Assembly (NCBI GenBank): GCA_044342925.1
Contig: JBIIOV010000001.1
Origin: Mycobacterium sp.
GTDB lineage: Bacteria > Actinomycetota > Actinomycetes > Mycobacteriales > Mycobacteriaceae
Length of the DNA: 64,000 nt
Reading direction: 5' to 3' (one strand)
Position numbers and translations under genes: made by a program. The notes under the pieces were generated by a model. The model had not been told where the DNA came from and searched no databases. It saw nothing but the letters and a program-made list of their open reading frames with translations. Below, one piece after another: positions 1 to 9,576 of the stretch (positions are counted from its first letter, which is position 1; each line of letters opens with the position of its first letter).

Positions 1-42
1 AGAACCGGTGCGGTCATAGCGGCCCACGCTAGCCTGACCGCT

Positions 43-1161
43 ATGAGCGACGCCGTACGGTTCTCCCACGAGGTCTACGCCCGCCGGCTGGCCGCCGCCG
101 CGGCCGGCGCGGACCAGGCCGGGCTGGTGGGTCTGGTCATCACCCCGGGTTATGACCTGCGCTACCTGATCGGTTCGCGGGCACAGACATTCGAGCGGCT
201 GACCGCGTTGGTCGTTCCCAGTACCGGCGCGCCGACCGTGGTGCTGCCACGACTGGAACTCGCCGCTCTCAGAGACTCCGCCGCCGGGGACTTGAACCTG
301 AACCTGCAGGACTGGGTCGACGGGGAGAACCCTTACGACCTGGTGGCCGACGCCCTGGGCGGACACGCCCGAGTCGCCGTCACCGATTCGATGCCCGCGC
401 TGCACCTGCTGCCGCTGGCCGAGCGGCTGGGGGCGGTCCCCGTGCTGGCCACCGGAGTTCTGGCCGCACTGCGGATGGTCAAGGACGCCGATGAGGTCGA
501 CGCGCTGCGCCGGGCCGGGGCGGCTATCGACCGGGTGCACGCCCGGGTGCCGGAATTCCTCAAGGCAGGCCGCACCGAAGCTGACGTTGCGAAGGACATC
601 ACCGAAGCCATTGTCGCCGAAGGGCATTCAGAAGCCGCGTTCGTCATCGTCGGCTCCGGCCCGAATGGCGCCGACCCGCACCACGAATGCTCCGACCGGG
701 AATTGCAGCTCGGCGACATCGTCGTCGTCGACATCGGCGGACCCGTCGAACCCGGCTACAACTCCGACTGCACCCGCACCTACAGCATCGGGCAACCGGA
801 CCCGGAGATCGCCGAGCAATACGCGGTGCTGCAGCGGGCACAGGCCGCCGCGGTCGCCGCGGTGCGCCCCGGCGTCACCGCCGAACAGGTCGACGCCGCC
901 GCCCGCGACGTGCTGGCCGAGGCCGGTCTGGCCGAGTATTTCGTGCACCGCACCGGCCACGGCATCGGCCTCTCGGTGCACGAAGAGCCCTACATCGTGG
1001 CCGGCAACGACCAGCCGCTGGCCGAAGGCATGGCCTTCAGCGTCGAACCGGGTGTCTACCTGCCGGGCCGGTGGGGGGCGCGGATCGAGGACATCGTGAT
1101 CGTTACCGCCGATGGCGCGCTGCCGGTCAATGACCGGCCGCACGACCTGACGGTGGTGTAA
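43..1161 (+). CDS. M24B metallopeptidase (Xaa-Pro dipeptidase, PepE/PepQ-like)
   Basis: 372-aa ORF. C-terminal pita-bread motifs are present: DIGG...YNSDCTRT, HRTGHGIGLSVHEEPY, EPGVY and ARIED. Confidence 0.85.
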   Translation: MSDAVRFSHEVYARRLAAAAAGADQAGLVGLVITPGYDLRYLIGSRAQTFERLTALVVPSTGAPTVVLPRLELAALRDSAAGDLNLNLQDWVDGENPYDLVADALGGHARVAVTDSMPALHLLPLAERLGAVPVLATGVLAALRMVKDADEVDALRRAGAAIDRVHARVPEFLKAGRTEADVAKDITEAIVAEGHSEAAFVIVGSGPNGADPHHECSDRELQLGDIVVVDIGGPVEPGYNSDCTRTYSIGQPDPEIAEQYAVLQRAQAAAVAAVRPGVTAEQVDAAARDVLAEAGLAEYFVHRTGHGIGLSVHEEPYIVAGNDQPLAEGMAFSVEPGVYLPGRWGARIEDIVIVTADGALPVNDRPHDLTVV

Positions 1162-1331
1162 GCCGCGACGGTATCGTCACAGCATGAGACCGGTTCAGCT
1201 TGTTGAAGTCGACGGAGTGCTGGTCGCGGCGGCTGACGTGGAACTGCCCACGCTGACAGCAGAACAGGTGCGGGACGGCGTCGAAGACACGCGTCTCTGA
1301 CAACGCCCGACACCAGCGTCGGCGTAGAACT

Positions 1332-1733
1332 CTAGGACCGGTCGAGCAGGGTCGACGACCCGAGTACCCGCTTGACCAGTACCTCGATCACCACCCGCTG
1401 GGGGTTGGGGCGCGGGGTCCGGTAGCGCTGGGCGTACCGCAGTTCGGCGTCGCGGATGGCGTCGGGGTCGCGGTTCACCGTCGCGATGCCTTCCAGTGAC
1501 AGCCACCGGGCGCCGTCGACTTGGGACAACACCCCGATTTGGCTGCGGTCGGCGTTGACGGCCTTCTGTGAACCGTCGCTGGTGATCACCCGGGCGATGT
1601 GAGTGTCCGGGTCGAAGGTGAACCCGACGGCGACCACGTGGGGCGAGCCGTCGGCGCGCAACGTGGTCAGCATCGCCAGGTGGCGCTCGGTGAGGAACTC
1701 CAGCGCATCGGTGGTCAGCCGGGTGGTGGGCAC
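1332..1733 (-). CDS. PPOX-class F420-dependent split beta-barrel protein (Rv2074 / F420H2-dependent biliverdin reductase-like)
   Basis: 133-aa ORF with [26 protein letters not shown]...VNADR...LEGIATV, typical of the PPOX/F420 family. GTG start at 1733 has TAGCGT (TANNNT) 6 nt upstream. From memory, it sits beside the DprE2-like SDR and cobL as in M. tuberculosis. Confidence 0.75.
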   Translation of the reverse strand: MPTTRLTTDALEFLTERHLAMLTTLRADGSPHVVAVGFTFDPDTHIARVITSDGSQKAVNADRSQIGVLSQVDGARWLSLEGIATVNRDPDAIRDAELRYAQRYRTPRPNPQRVVIEVLVKRVLGSSTLLDRS

Positions 1734-1766
1734 GGGGAAACGCTAGCGCAGGGAATAATCCGATCC

Positions 1767-2534
1767 GTGCAGGACACCGTGCGGGATGGAAAGGACTTCG
1801 GTCAGGTCGTGGTTGTCTTCGGCGGCCGCCGCGAAATCGGCCTGCAGGGGGCTACTCGGCTGGCATCCGGATCGACGGTGGTGCTGGCGGCTCGCGGCGC
1901 CGACCGGCTCGCCGACGAGGTGGCCGCGGTGCGGGCGGCCGGGGCCAGCGCCGTGCACACCTGCGAGTTCGACGCCGATGACATCGCCTCGCACGGACCG
2001 CTGGTAGACCGGCTGGCAGAGGAATTCGGGGATATCGACACCGCGGTGCTGGCGTTCGGAATCCTCGGCGACCAATCCCAGGCCGAGACCGACGCCGCGC
2101 ACGCCGCGGCGATCCTGCACACCGACTACGTGGCGCAGGTGACCCTGCTGACCCCTCTGGCGGCCCGGATGCGCGCCGCCGGCCACGGCGCCCTGGTGGT
2201 GTTCTCGTCGGTGGCCGGAGTCCGGGTCCGGCGGGCCAACTACGTCTACGGGTCGGCCAAAGCCGGCCTGGACGGTTTTGCCAGCGGCCTGTCCGACGCG
2301 CTGCACGGCAGCGGGGTGCGGTTGCTGATCGTGCGGCCGGGCTTCGTCATCGGCCGGATGACGGCCGGGATGGACCCCGCACCGCTGTCGAGCACCCCCG
2401 AGCAGGTAGCTGAGGCGACGGTGCGGGCGCTGGTCGCGGGCCGTCGCACGGTGTGGGTGCCGTGGGCGCTGCGGCCGCTGTTCTTCGGGATGCGACTACT
2501 CCCGCAACCGATCTGGAGGAGGATGCCCCGGTGA
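1767..2534 (+). CDS. Short-chain dehydrogenase/reductase, DprE2-paralog type (Rv2073c-like)
   Basis: Trimmed from track ORF 1599..2534, whose 5' part overlaps the PPOX gene. GTG 1767 gives 255 aa starting QDTVRDGKDFGQVVVVFGGRREIGL (Rossmann). Catalytic YVYGSAKAG (YxxxK) is present. The C-terminus resembles DprE2. An AATAAT -10-like hexamer lies 7 nt upstream of the GTG. Confidence 0.8.
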   Translation: MQDTVRDGKDFGQVVVVFGGRREIGLQGATRLASGSTVVLAARGADRLADEVAAVRAAGASAVHTCEFDADDIASHGPLVDRLAEEFGDIDTAVLAFGILGDQSQAETDAAHAAAILHTDYVAQVTLLTPLAARMRAAGHGALVVFSSVAGVRVRRANYVYGSAKAGLDGFASGLSDALHGSGVRLLIVRPGFVIGRMTAGMDPAPLSSTPEQVAEATVRALVAGRRTVWVPWALRPLFFGMRLLPQPIWRRMPR

Positions 2535-2541
2535 TGGACAG

Positions 2542-3726
2542 ATGACGATCGTGGTGGTCGGTATCGGCGCCGACGGAATGGCCGGGCTGGCGGAGCTCTC
2601 CCGCCTCGAATTGCACAGCGCCACCGTCATCTACGGCTCGCAGCGCCAACTCGACCTGCTCGACGACACCGTCACCGCCGCACGGCACACCTGGCCCAGC
2701 CCGATGATGCCCGCCCTGGAGACCCTCTACGACGACCATCCCGGTGCGGACATCCACGTGGTGGCCAGCGGCGACCCACTGGAACACGGCATCGGAACCA
2801 CACTGATCCGGCTGTACGGCCCCGATCTGGTGCAGGTGTTCCCGCACGTGTCCTCGGTGTCGCTGGCCCGCGCGCGGATGGGATGGGCCGCCCACGACAC
2901 CGAGGTGATCAGCCTGGTCACCGCCCCGGTGCACACCGCCGTACGGCGCGGCGGACGGGCGGTGGTGCTCTGCCGTGACGCGCAGACCCCGCATCAGCTG
3001 GCCACTGCGCTGACCGAAACCGGCAGGGGTGAATCGGAATTCACCGTCCTGGAGCAACTCGGCGGCCCCGGCGAACGCATCCGCAGCGGCCCGGCCGACG
3101 CGTGGGCCGCCGCACCGCCAGCGGATATCGACGACCTCACCGTCGTCGCCGTCCGCTACCTGCCCGACGAGCACGACGGACTGGCGCTGCCCGACAAGGC
3201 GTTTCGCCACGACGGGCAGATCACCAAGCAGACCGTCCGCGCCGTCACCCTGGCCGCGCTGGCGCCGCGGCCGGGTCAACTGCTGTGGGACGTCGGCTCC
3301 GGTTCGGGCAGCATCGCCGTCGAATGGTGCCGGGCCGCACCGGGTTGCCGCGCTGTGGCGTTCGAGACCAACCCCGAGCGGCAGGCGCGCATCACCGCTA
3401 ACGCGCACGCCTTCGGCGTCGACGTCGACGTGCGCGGCGAGGCGCCAGAGGCGTTTATCGGCGCGCCCCGCCCGGACGTCATCTTCATCGGCGGCGGGCT
3501 GACCGTCACCGGCCTGCTCGACGAATGCCTGGGCGCGATCGCCGGTGGCGGCCGGCTGGTGGCCAACGCGGTGACCGCTGAGTCCGAAGCCCTTCTGGTG
3601 CAGTGGTTCTCGCGCCTGGGCGGTGAGCTGCGCCGCTTCCAGCACTACCAGGGCGAACCGCTGGGCGGGTTCACCGGCTGGCGTCCGCAGATGCCGATCA
3701 CCCAGTGGTCGGTGAAGCTGCTGTGA
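2542..3726 (+). CDS. cobL: Precorrin-6Y C5,15-methyltransferase (decarboxylating), CbiE/CbiT fusion
   Basis: 394-aa ORF. N-terminal tetrapyrrole methylase fold (IVVVGIGADG...ASGDPL). C-terminal SAM-MTase (LWDVGSGSGSIAVEW). Sits in the cob cluster. Confidence 0.92.
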   Translation: MTIVVVGIGADGMAGLAELSRLELHSATVIYGSQRQLDLLDDTVTAARHTWPSPMMPALETLYDDHPGADIHVVASGDPLEHGIGTTLIRLYGPDLVQVFPHVSSVSLARARMGWAAHDTEVISLVTAPVHTAVRRGGRAVVLCRDAQTPHQLATALTETGRGESEFTVLEQLGGPGERIRSGPADAWAAAPPADIDDLTVVAVRYLPDEHDGLALPDKAFRHDGQITKQTVRAVTLAALAPRPGQLLWDVGSGSGSIAVEWCRAAPGCRAVAFETNPERQARITANAHAFGVDVDVRGEAPEAFIGAPRPDVIFIGGGLTVTGLLDECLGAIAGGGRLVANAVTAESEALLVQWFSRLGGELRRFQHYQGEPLGGFTGWRPQMPITQWSVKLL

Positions 3727-3739
3727 ACGGAAGACCTCA

Positions 3740-4495
3740 GTGACGGTGTACTTCATCGGGGCCGGGCCGGGCGCCGCCGACCTGATCACCGTCCGCGGCC
3801 AGCGGCTGCTGCAGCGGTGCCGGGTATGCCTGTACGCCGGTTCGATCATGCCGCAGGACCTGCTGGAGTTCTGCCCGCCCGGCGCCCGCATCGTCGACAC
3901 CGGACCGCTGAGCCTCGACCAGATCGTCGCCGAGATCCAGCAGGCCGACGCCGAGGGTCACGACGTGGCCCGGTTGCATTCCGGTGACCCGTCGATCTAC
4001 AGCGCCGTCGCCGAACAGTGCCGGCGCCTCGACGCGCTGGGCATCGGCTACGAGATCGTGCCGGGGGTGCCGGCTTTCGCGGCCGCCGCCGCCGCGCTGG
4101 GCCGCGAGCTGACCGTGCCCGGCGTCGCGCAGACGGTCACGCTGACCCGCGTCGCCACCCTGTCCACCGCCATGCCCGACGGTGAGGACCTGTCCACCCT
4201 GGCGAACACGAGCGGCACCCTGGTGATCCATCTGGCCGCGCACCGCATCGACGCCATCGTGGCGCAATTGCTGGCCGCCGGCCGCGCACCGGAAACCCCG
4301 GTGGCGGTGGTGGCCTTCGCCAGTTGGCCGCAGGAGGTGGTGCTGCGCGGCACCCTGACCGACATCGCCGGGCAGATGCACGCGGCCCAGATCACCCGCA
4401 CCGCGGTGATCATCGTCGGCGATGTCCTTGCCGCCGAAGGGTTCACCGACAGCTACCTGTACTCGGCCGGGCGCACCCGGGGATACCGGCACTGA
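3740..4495 (+). CDS. cobM: Precorrin-4 C11-methyltransferase
   Basis: 251-aa ORF starting VYFIGAGPGAADLITVRG, with SGDPSIYSA and EIVPGVPAF motifs. Its stop overlaps the cobK ATG (TGATG). Confidence 0.93.
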   Translation: MTVYFIGAGPGAADLITVRGQRLLQRCRVCLYAGSIMPQDLLEFCPPGARIVDTGPLSLDQIVAEIQQADAEGHDVARLHSGDPSIYSAVAEQCRRLDALGIGYEIVPGVPAFAAAAAALGRELTVPGVAQTVTLTRVATLSTAMPDGEDLSTLANTSGTLVIHLAAHRIDAIVAQLLAAGRAPETPVAVVAFASWPQEVVLRGTLTDIAGQMHAAQITRTAVIIVGDVLAAEGFTDSYLYSAGRTRGYRH

Positions 4496-5232
4496 TGCGG
4501 GTGCTGCTGCTCGGCGGCACCGGCGAGGCCCGCGCGCTGGCCGCCCGTCTGCACCCGCGGGTCGACGTGATCAGCTCACTGGCCGGCCGGGTGCCCGACC
4601 CGGCGCTGCCGGTCGGACCGGTGCGCGTCGGCGGGTTCGGGGGAGCGGCGGGCCTGCGAAACTGGCTGGCCGACAATGCCATTACCGCGGTCGTCGATGC
4701 CACCCACCCGTTTGCCGCCACCATCACCGCCAACGCCGCCGTCGCGTGCGCCGAACTCGGAATGCCGCACCTGGTGCTCCGCCGACCGGCCTGGGACCCC
4801 GCCGGCGCGCTGCAGGTCGACTCCGACGCCGAGGCCGCCGACCTGGTTGCCGCCCAGGGATATTCGCGGGTTTTCCTGACCACCGGCCGCACCGGGACGG
4901 CCGCCTTCACCGGTAGCGACGCCTGGTTCCTGATCCGGGTGGTCACCGCGCCGGAGCCGGACAGCCTGCCGCCGCATCACGAACTGCTGTTGTCCCGGGG
5001 TCCCTACAGCTACGACGGCGAGCGGGCGCTGCTGAGCGGTCGCCGTATCGCGGCGGTGGTGACCAAGAACAGCGGGGGAGCGATGACCCGGGCCAAGCTT
5101 GACGCCGCCGCCGATCTGGGCGTCGACGTGGTGATGATCCGGCGCCCGCCGCTGCCAACGGGATTGACCGTCGTCGAGTCGGTGGACGAGGCTTTTGAAT
5201 GGGTGATCAGCCGGGGTAGCGACGCGGGGTGA
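4495..5232 (+). CDS. cobK: Precorrin-6A reductase
   Basis: Internal ATG of track ORF 4324..5232 gives MRVLLLGGTGEARALA..., the typical CobK/CbiJ N-terminus, plus VVTKNSGG near the C-terminus. 245 aa. Confidence 0.88.
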   Translation: MRVLLLGGTGEARALAARLHPRVDVISSLAGRVPDPALPVGPVRVGGFGGAAGLRNWLADNAITAVVDATHPFAATITANAAVACAELGMPHLVLRRPAWDPAGALQVDSDAEAADLVAAQGYSRVFLTTGRTGTAAFTGSDAWFLIRVVTAPEPDSLPPHHELLLSRGPYSYDGERALLSGRRIAAVVTKNSGGAMTRAKLDAAADLGVDVVMIRRPPLPTGLTVVESVDEAFEWVISRGSDAG

Positions 5233-6673
5233 ACACCGTGTCGCCGGATTCGGCGGCATACCACTGGGTTTGGGACGATCCGATGATCAGCAGGCAGCGC
5301 ATGTCCACGTCGTCCGGGTTCAGGTCGGCCAGCCGGACCACCCGCACCGACTCCCGCGGACCGGATACGTCGCGCCCGATTACCACCGGGGTCCCGGCGT
5401 CGCGGTGTTCCAGCAGCAGATCGCGCATCGCGGCCACCTGCCAGGTGCGCGACTTCGAGGCCGGGTTGTAGATGGCCAGCACCAGGTCCGCGGCGGCGGC
5501 CGCCGACAGCCGGGCGGCGATGACGTCCCACGGCTTGAGCCGGTCGGACAGCGAGAGCACCGCGTAGTCGTGTCCCAGCGGGGCGCCCACCCGGCTGGCC
5601 ACCGCCTGCGCCGCCGTCATCGCCGGGATCACCCGCACCGCCACCCCGGGCCATTCCTTGGCTTCCTCCAGCACCGCGGTGGCCATCGCGAATATCCCCG
5701 GGTCACCGGAGGACACCACCGCCACCGCCCGGCCCTGCTCGGCCAGTTCGCAGGCCAGCCGGGCGCGCTGCGGCTCGTCGGTGTTGTCGGACGGGTGCCG
5801 GCGCTGCCCGGGCCGGGGCGGCACCCGGTCCAGGTACGGCCCGTAGCCGATCAGGTCGGTGGCTTCGGCCAGTTCGAGGCGGCTCTGCGGGGTCATCCAG
5901 TCGGTGGCCCCGGGCCCCAGCCCGACCACCGCGACGGTGCCGGGGCGACCGTCGTGGCGCGGGGTGCTGGGCAGCAGGGCGATGGAGAAGTACGGAACCT
6001 CGGCGTCGTCGACGTCGGCGGCGGGCATCACCCGCTGTCCCTGGGTGCTGGCCCGTTCTACGTAGACCGCGTCGTCGAGCCGTCCGGCAATCGAAAGGGC
6101 TTCGCGCACTTGGGGATAGGTGCGCCCGAGTTTCATCACCACCGCGGCGTCGGTGTCGGCCAGCCGGCGCGCCAGCTCGGCCACCGGCAGGGTGCCGGGC
6201 AGCACTGAGAGCACCTCGTCGCCGGTCACCAGCGGTATGCCGGTAGCCGCCGAGGCGGCGCTCACCGACGTCACCCCGGGGATGATCACCGCGTCGAAGC
6301 GCTCGGTCAGCCGCGTGTGCATGTGCATGTAGGAGCTGTAGAACAGCGGGTCGCCCTCGGCCAGCAGCGCGACGCTGCGGCCGGCCTCCAGGTGCGCGGC
6401 GATGCGGGCGGCGGCTTGCGCGTAGAACTCCTCCATCGCGCCGGTGTAGCCACCCGGATGATCGGTGTCCTCGGTGGTCACCGGGTAGACCAGATGCTCC
6501 TCGATCTGCCCGGGCCGCAGATAGGGCTCGGCGATCCGACGGGCGATGCTGCGGCCATGGCGCGCACTGTGATACGCCACCACATCGGCCTCGCCGATCA
6601 CCCGGGCGGCCTTGACCGTCACCAGTTCCGGATCGCCCGGTCCCAGACCGACGCCGTAGAGCGTGCCACTCAT
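5207..6673 (-). CDS. cobIJ: Bifunctional precorrin-2 C20-methyltransferase / precorrin-3B C17-methyltransferase
   Basis: Two tandem tetrapyrrole-methylase domains (LYGVGLGPGDPEL... and VAVVGLGPG...VSSGDPGIF). Start set at ATG 6673 (MSGTLYGVG). The 13 extra codons in the track ORF lie inside the 32-bp repeat and begin at TTG. The 3' end overlaps convergent cobK by 26 nt. Confidence 0.92.
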   Translation of the reverse strand: MSGTLYGVGLGPGDPELVTVKAARVIGEADVVAYHSARHGRSIARRIAEPYLRPGQIEEHLVYPVTTEDTDHPGGYTGAMEEFYAQAAARIAAHLEAGRSVALLAEGDPLFYSSYMHMHTRLTERFDAVIIPGVTSVSAASAATGIPLVTGDEVLSVLPGTLPVAELARRLADTDAAVVMKLGRTYPQVREALSIAGRLDDAVYVERASTQGQRVMPAADVDDAEVPYFSIALLPSTPRHDGRPGTVAVVGLGPGATDWMTPQSRLELAEATDLIGYGPYLDRVPPRPGQRRHPSDNTDEPQRARLACELAEQGRAVAVVSSGDPGIFAMATAVLEEAKEWPGVAVRVIPAMTAAQAVASRVGAPLGHDYAVLSLSDRLKPWDVIAARLSAAAAADLVLAIYNPASKSRTWQVAAMRDLLLEHRDAGTPVVIGRDVSGPRESVRVVRLADLNPDDVDMRCLLIIGSSQTQWYAAESGDTVFTPRRYPG

Positions 6674-6787
6674 TCGGCAAGCCTCATTCGCTGCCCACGG
6701 CTCATTCGGCAAGCCTCATTCGCTGCCCACGGCTCATTCGGCAAGCCTCATTCGCTGCCCACGGCTCATTCGGCAAGCCTCATTCGC
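6669..6787 (-). repeat. 32-bp tandem repeat, about 3.7 copies, at the cobH stop / cobIJ start junction
   Basis: The plus-strand unit ctcattcggcaagcctcattcgctgcccacgg occurs at 6669-6700, 6701-6732 and 6733-6764, with a partial copy at 6765-6787. On the coding (minus) strand, ATGA quartets recur at alternating 14/18-nt spacing. Confidence 0.95.
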
Positions 6788-7412
6788 GCGCACTCGCGAT
6801 CGCGTTGACCGCCGCCGCGGCCATCGCGCTGCCCCCGCGCCGGCCACGCACCACCAGGTATTCCATCCCGCGTGGACGGGCGATCAATTCGTCCTTGGAC
6901 TGCGCCGAGCCGACGAACCCCACCGGGCCGCCCAGCACCGATACCGGCGCCGGCACCCCCTCGTCGATGAGCTCCAGCAGACGGAACAGTGCGGTGGGGG
7001 CGTTGCCGATGGCCAGCACGGCGCCAGCCATCCGGTCGGCCCATAGTTGCACCCCGGCCGCCGACCGGGTGGTGCCCATCCGGGCGGCCAGGTCGGCCGC
7101 GCGCGGGTCGGCCACCAGGGAGACCACCTCGTTGCGGGCCGGCAGGCGGGCGGCGGTGATGCCGGCGGCCACCATCGACGAATCGCACAGGATCGGCGCC
7201 CCGGCCGCCAGCGCCTCGTGGGTGGCGCTCACCACGGCGGGGGTGTACGACACGTGACCGGTGAGGTCGGTCTGCCCGCAGGTGTGGATCAGCCGCACCA
7301 CAACCCGCGCCACGTCCTCGGGCAGACCGTCCAGGTCGGCCTCGTCGCGGATCGTCGCGAAGGACTGCCGGTAGATCTCGGCGGCGTCGCGGATGTAGTC
7401 GAGCACGGCCAT
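6780..7412 (-). CDS. cobH: Precorrin-8X methylmutase
   Basis: Internal ATG 7412 of track ORF 6780..7613 gives [18 protein letters not shown]... (210 aa), typical of CobH/CbiC. The upstream part of the ORF overlaps the cobG 3' end. Confidence 0.9.
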   Translation of the reverse strand: MAVLDYIRDAAEIYRQSFATIRDEADLDGLPEDVARVVVRLIHTCGQTDLTGHVSYTPAVVSATHEALAAGAPILCDSSMVAAGITAARLPARNEVVSLVADPRAADLAARMGTTRSAAGVQLWADRMAGAVLAIGNAPTALFRLLELIDEGVPAPVSVLGGPVGFVGSAQSKDELIARPRGMEYLVVRGRRGGSAMAAAAVNAIASARE

Positions 7413-7416
7413 CACC

Positions 7417-8562
7417 CTACGGTCGCAGCGGCCGGTAGCCGTCGTCGGTGGCCACCAGAACCTCACCGGCGACCGGGCGGCCGCAGGCGCGTTCGCAGCC
7501 GACGTAGTGCACGCTGCCCCCCGCGCCGCCGTCCCCCGTCCCCGCCTCGACCGCCTGAGCCGCGTCGGCCCGCACGTCGGCGCGGGACCGCGCGCAGCCG
7601 GGGCTGCCGACACAGGCGGTGACGGACAACCAGCGGGAGGTCTCGTCGAACACCAGCCCCAGCGGCGCCAGCACCCGCAGTGCGGTCTCGGCCACCCCCT
7701 CCTCGAGGTCGCACACCAGCAGCGACCGCCACGGCGTGATGACCATCGGCGCCTCGATGGCGGCCAGGAATTGCGCCTGGCGCACCGTCAGGACGCCCAG
7801 CGGCACCGCCGCACCGAGGGCCACTCGGGCGTCGGACTGGTCGATCCAGCCGACCGGCGGGCGACCCGGCAGGAACGACGCACCGGCCGGCGCGGACTGA
7901 GCGAAATCGGCGAGGGCGAAATCGGTGAGCAGCACCGCGGGATCAACTAATTCGCTGACCCGCCAGGCATTCCCGCGGACCCGCACGAAGCGGCGGGCCA
8001 CCGTTGCCAATGCGCTCACGCAGTCGTGCGGGGTCAGCCGCACCCCGGTGTCCCGGCCGGCCAGCAGCAGCGCCACCCCGTCCGGCGCGACATGCAGCCC
8101 GGCGTCTGCGGCCAGGCTCGAGGCGTCGCCGCGGCCGTCGTCGAGGCTGAACCAGAACCGGCCCGGCAGCCCGGCCAATTCCGGATCGGCCTGAACGGCG
8201 TTGTCGAGCCCGCTCACCCACGGCCGGACGTCGGTGAGTCCGCCGAACCGCCCAGACAGCGGGGAGGCGACGATATTGCGGACCCGCTCATGGGTGGCCG
8301 AGGGCAGCAGGCCCGCGGCGGCGACGGCCGCGGCCACCGCCGCAGCATCGGAGATGCCGCGCACCTGCACGTTGCCGCGGCCGGTCAGTTCCAGCGTGCC
8401 CGAGCCGAATCGCTCGGCGACCTCGGCGAGTGCTTCCAACTGGGCGGCGGTGAGCATCCCGCCGGGCAGCCGCACCCGAGCCAGCGCGCCGTCGGCGGCC
8501 TGGTGCACCTGCAGGGCCCCCGGGCAGGCGTCCTGGTCGCTGGTCCGGCTCACCCGAACCAC
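7417..8562 (-). CDS. cobG: Precorrin-3B synthase (aerobic pathway)
   Basis: 381-aa ORF. Nitrite/sulfite-reductase-like ferredoxin half-domains are duplicated ([23 protein letters not shown]..., [12 protein letters not shown]). Lies directly upstream of cobH. Confidence 0.85.
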   Translation of the reverse strand: MVRVSRTSDQDACPGALQVHQAADGALARVRLPGGMLTAAQLEALAEVAERFGSGTLELTGRGNVQVRGISDAAAVAAAVAAAGLLPSATHERVRNIVASPLSGRFGGLTDVRPWVSGLDNAVQADPELAGLPGRFWFSLDDGRGDASSLAADAGLHVAPDGVALLLAGRDTGVRLTPHDCVSALATVARRFVRVRGNAWRVSELVDPAVLLTDFALADFAQSAPAGASFLPGRPPVGWIDQSDARVALGAAVPLGVLTVRQAQFLAAIEAPMVITPWRSLLVCDLEEGVAETALRVLAPLGLVFDETSRWLSVTACVGSPGCARSRADVRADAAQAVEAGTGDGGAGGSVHYVGCERACGRPVAGEVLVATDDGYRPLRP

Positions 8563-8601
8563 GGTACGACCCGCTCCGGGGAGCCGGTGTTCCGTGCCAC
8601 C

Positions 8602-9576
8602 ATGGAAACCATCGGTACGAGAACTCCCAGCAAGACCGCGTCGACGGACGCCATCCGGTCCGCGGGTCGGGTGGCGGTGCTGCTCGTGCTGCTACTCGCC
8701 GCCGCGGTATCGCTGCGCGGACGGATGCCCGACCCGCGGGCGGCGACGCCCCGCGACCCCAATGCCGGCGACAGCCCGGCCTCGCTGGTCGGCGTGATCG
8801 CCCTGCTGGGCGTGGCGGTGGTGGTGATGGCCTTCGCGGTGTTCCAGCGCCGGCCGCCGAAACCAAAGCCGGTGCCCTGGGAGATGGCGGACTACGCCGG
8901 CGCCGAACGTGGCCGGATGACCATGCGGACGGTGCTGATCTGCCTGGCGTTCGCCGTGTTCTGGCTGGTGCTGTTCGTGGTGTTCAACCAGTTCAGCGCC
9001 GATGTCGACCTCGGCGAGCAGCCCGGGCCGCCCACGGCCGTCCCCGAGGTCGCCGGTGCCCAACCGCCGGTCTCGGCGCCGAGCCGGCCCGATACCCCCA
9101 GCCCCGCCTACCAGGCGCTGATCGTCACCACCGTGATCCTGCTGGCGATGATGGCCGTGTCCACCGTCCTGGCGGCCGTCCGCAACCGGTCCACGCTGCC
9201 GCCGGTGGTGCTGACCGGAGCACCCGAGGCCGACGCCGACAGCGGCGACGCATCCCTGGCGCTCGCCGCCGAACGTGGACTGGCCGAAGTCGCCAACCCG
9301 GCGCTGGCCCCCCGCGAGGCGATCATCGCCTGCTACGCGGCGATGGAGAAGGCGCTGGCCGAGGCCCCCGGTGCGGCGCCGCAGGCCTCTGACACCCCGA
9401 CCGAGGTGCTGGCCCGGGCGGTGGATCATCACATTCTGCGCGCCGGCAGTGCCTCGACCCTGGTGGACCTGTTCGCCGAGGCCCGGTTCAGCAGCCACCT
9501 GATGACCGAGGATCACCGGCACGTCGCCGAGCAGGCGTTGCGTTCGGTCCTCGGTGAGGTGCGCGGTCTCCGATGA
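8602..9576 (+). CDS. Membrane protein with C-terminal DUF4129-like domain
   Basis: ATG 8602 lies within track ORF 8026..9576; the 5' part of that ORF is antisense to cobG. Four hydrophobic helices. The C-terminus PREAIIACYAAMEKAL...EVLARAV...LVDLFAEARFS matches my memory of DUF4129. Confidence 0.7.
   Translation: METIGTRTPSKTASTDAIRSAGRVAVLLVLLLAAAVSLRGRMPDPRAATPRDPNAGDSPASLVGVIALLGVAVVVMAFAVFQRRPPKPKPVPWEMADYAGAERGRMTMRTVLICLAFAVFWLVLFVVFNQFSADVDLGEQPGPPTAVPEVAGAQPPVSAPSRPDTPSPAYQALIVTTVILLAMMAVSTVLAAVRNRSTLPPVVLTGAPEADADSGDASLALAAERGLAEVANPALAPREAIIACYAAMEKALAEAPGAAPQASDTPTEVLARAVDHHILRAGSASTLVDLFAEARFSSHLMTEDHRHVAEQALRSVLGEVRGLR

Noticed and set aside
1184-1300. 38-codon plus-strand ORF (MRPVQLVEVDGVLVAAADVELPTLTAEQVRDGVEDTRL) between the M24 peptidase and the PPOX gene
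   Set aside because: Reads plausibly as a peptide. But third-position GC is clearly lower than in the neighbouring genes, there is no SD or recognisable family, and it is too short to support.
2347-3900. 517-aa minus-strand ORF
   Set aside because: Antisense to the confidently identified cobL/cobM genes. The translation is Arg/Gly/Pro/Ala-rich low complexity with no family motifs. This is the usual shadow ORF of a high-GC genome.
6669-6787. Possibility that the tandem arrays (also 17004-17094, 21656-21738 and 61793-61834) are CRISPR arrays
   Set aside because: The repeats are directly abutting with no unique spacers. The units are 14-32 bp, and no cas genes are present. They are simple tandem repeats.
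8563-8601. Cobalamin riboswitch upstream of the cob operons
   Set aside because: The upstream regions of cobG (39 bp), the SDR-cobL unit (33 bp) and cobN (13 bp) are far too short for a roughly 200-nt B12 riboswitch. I saw no B12-box-like sequence.
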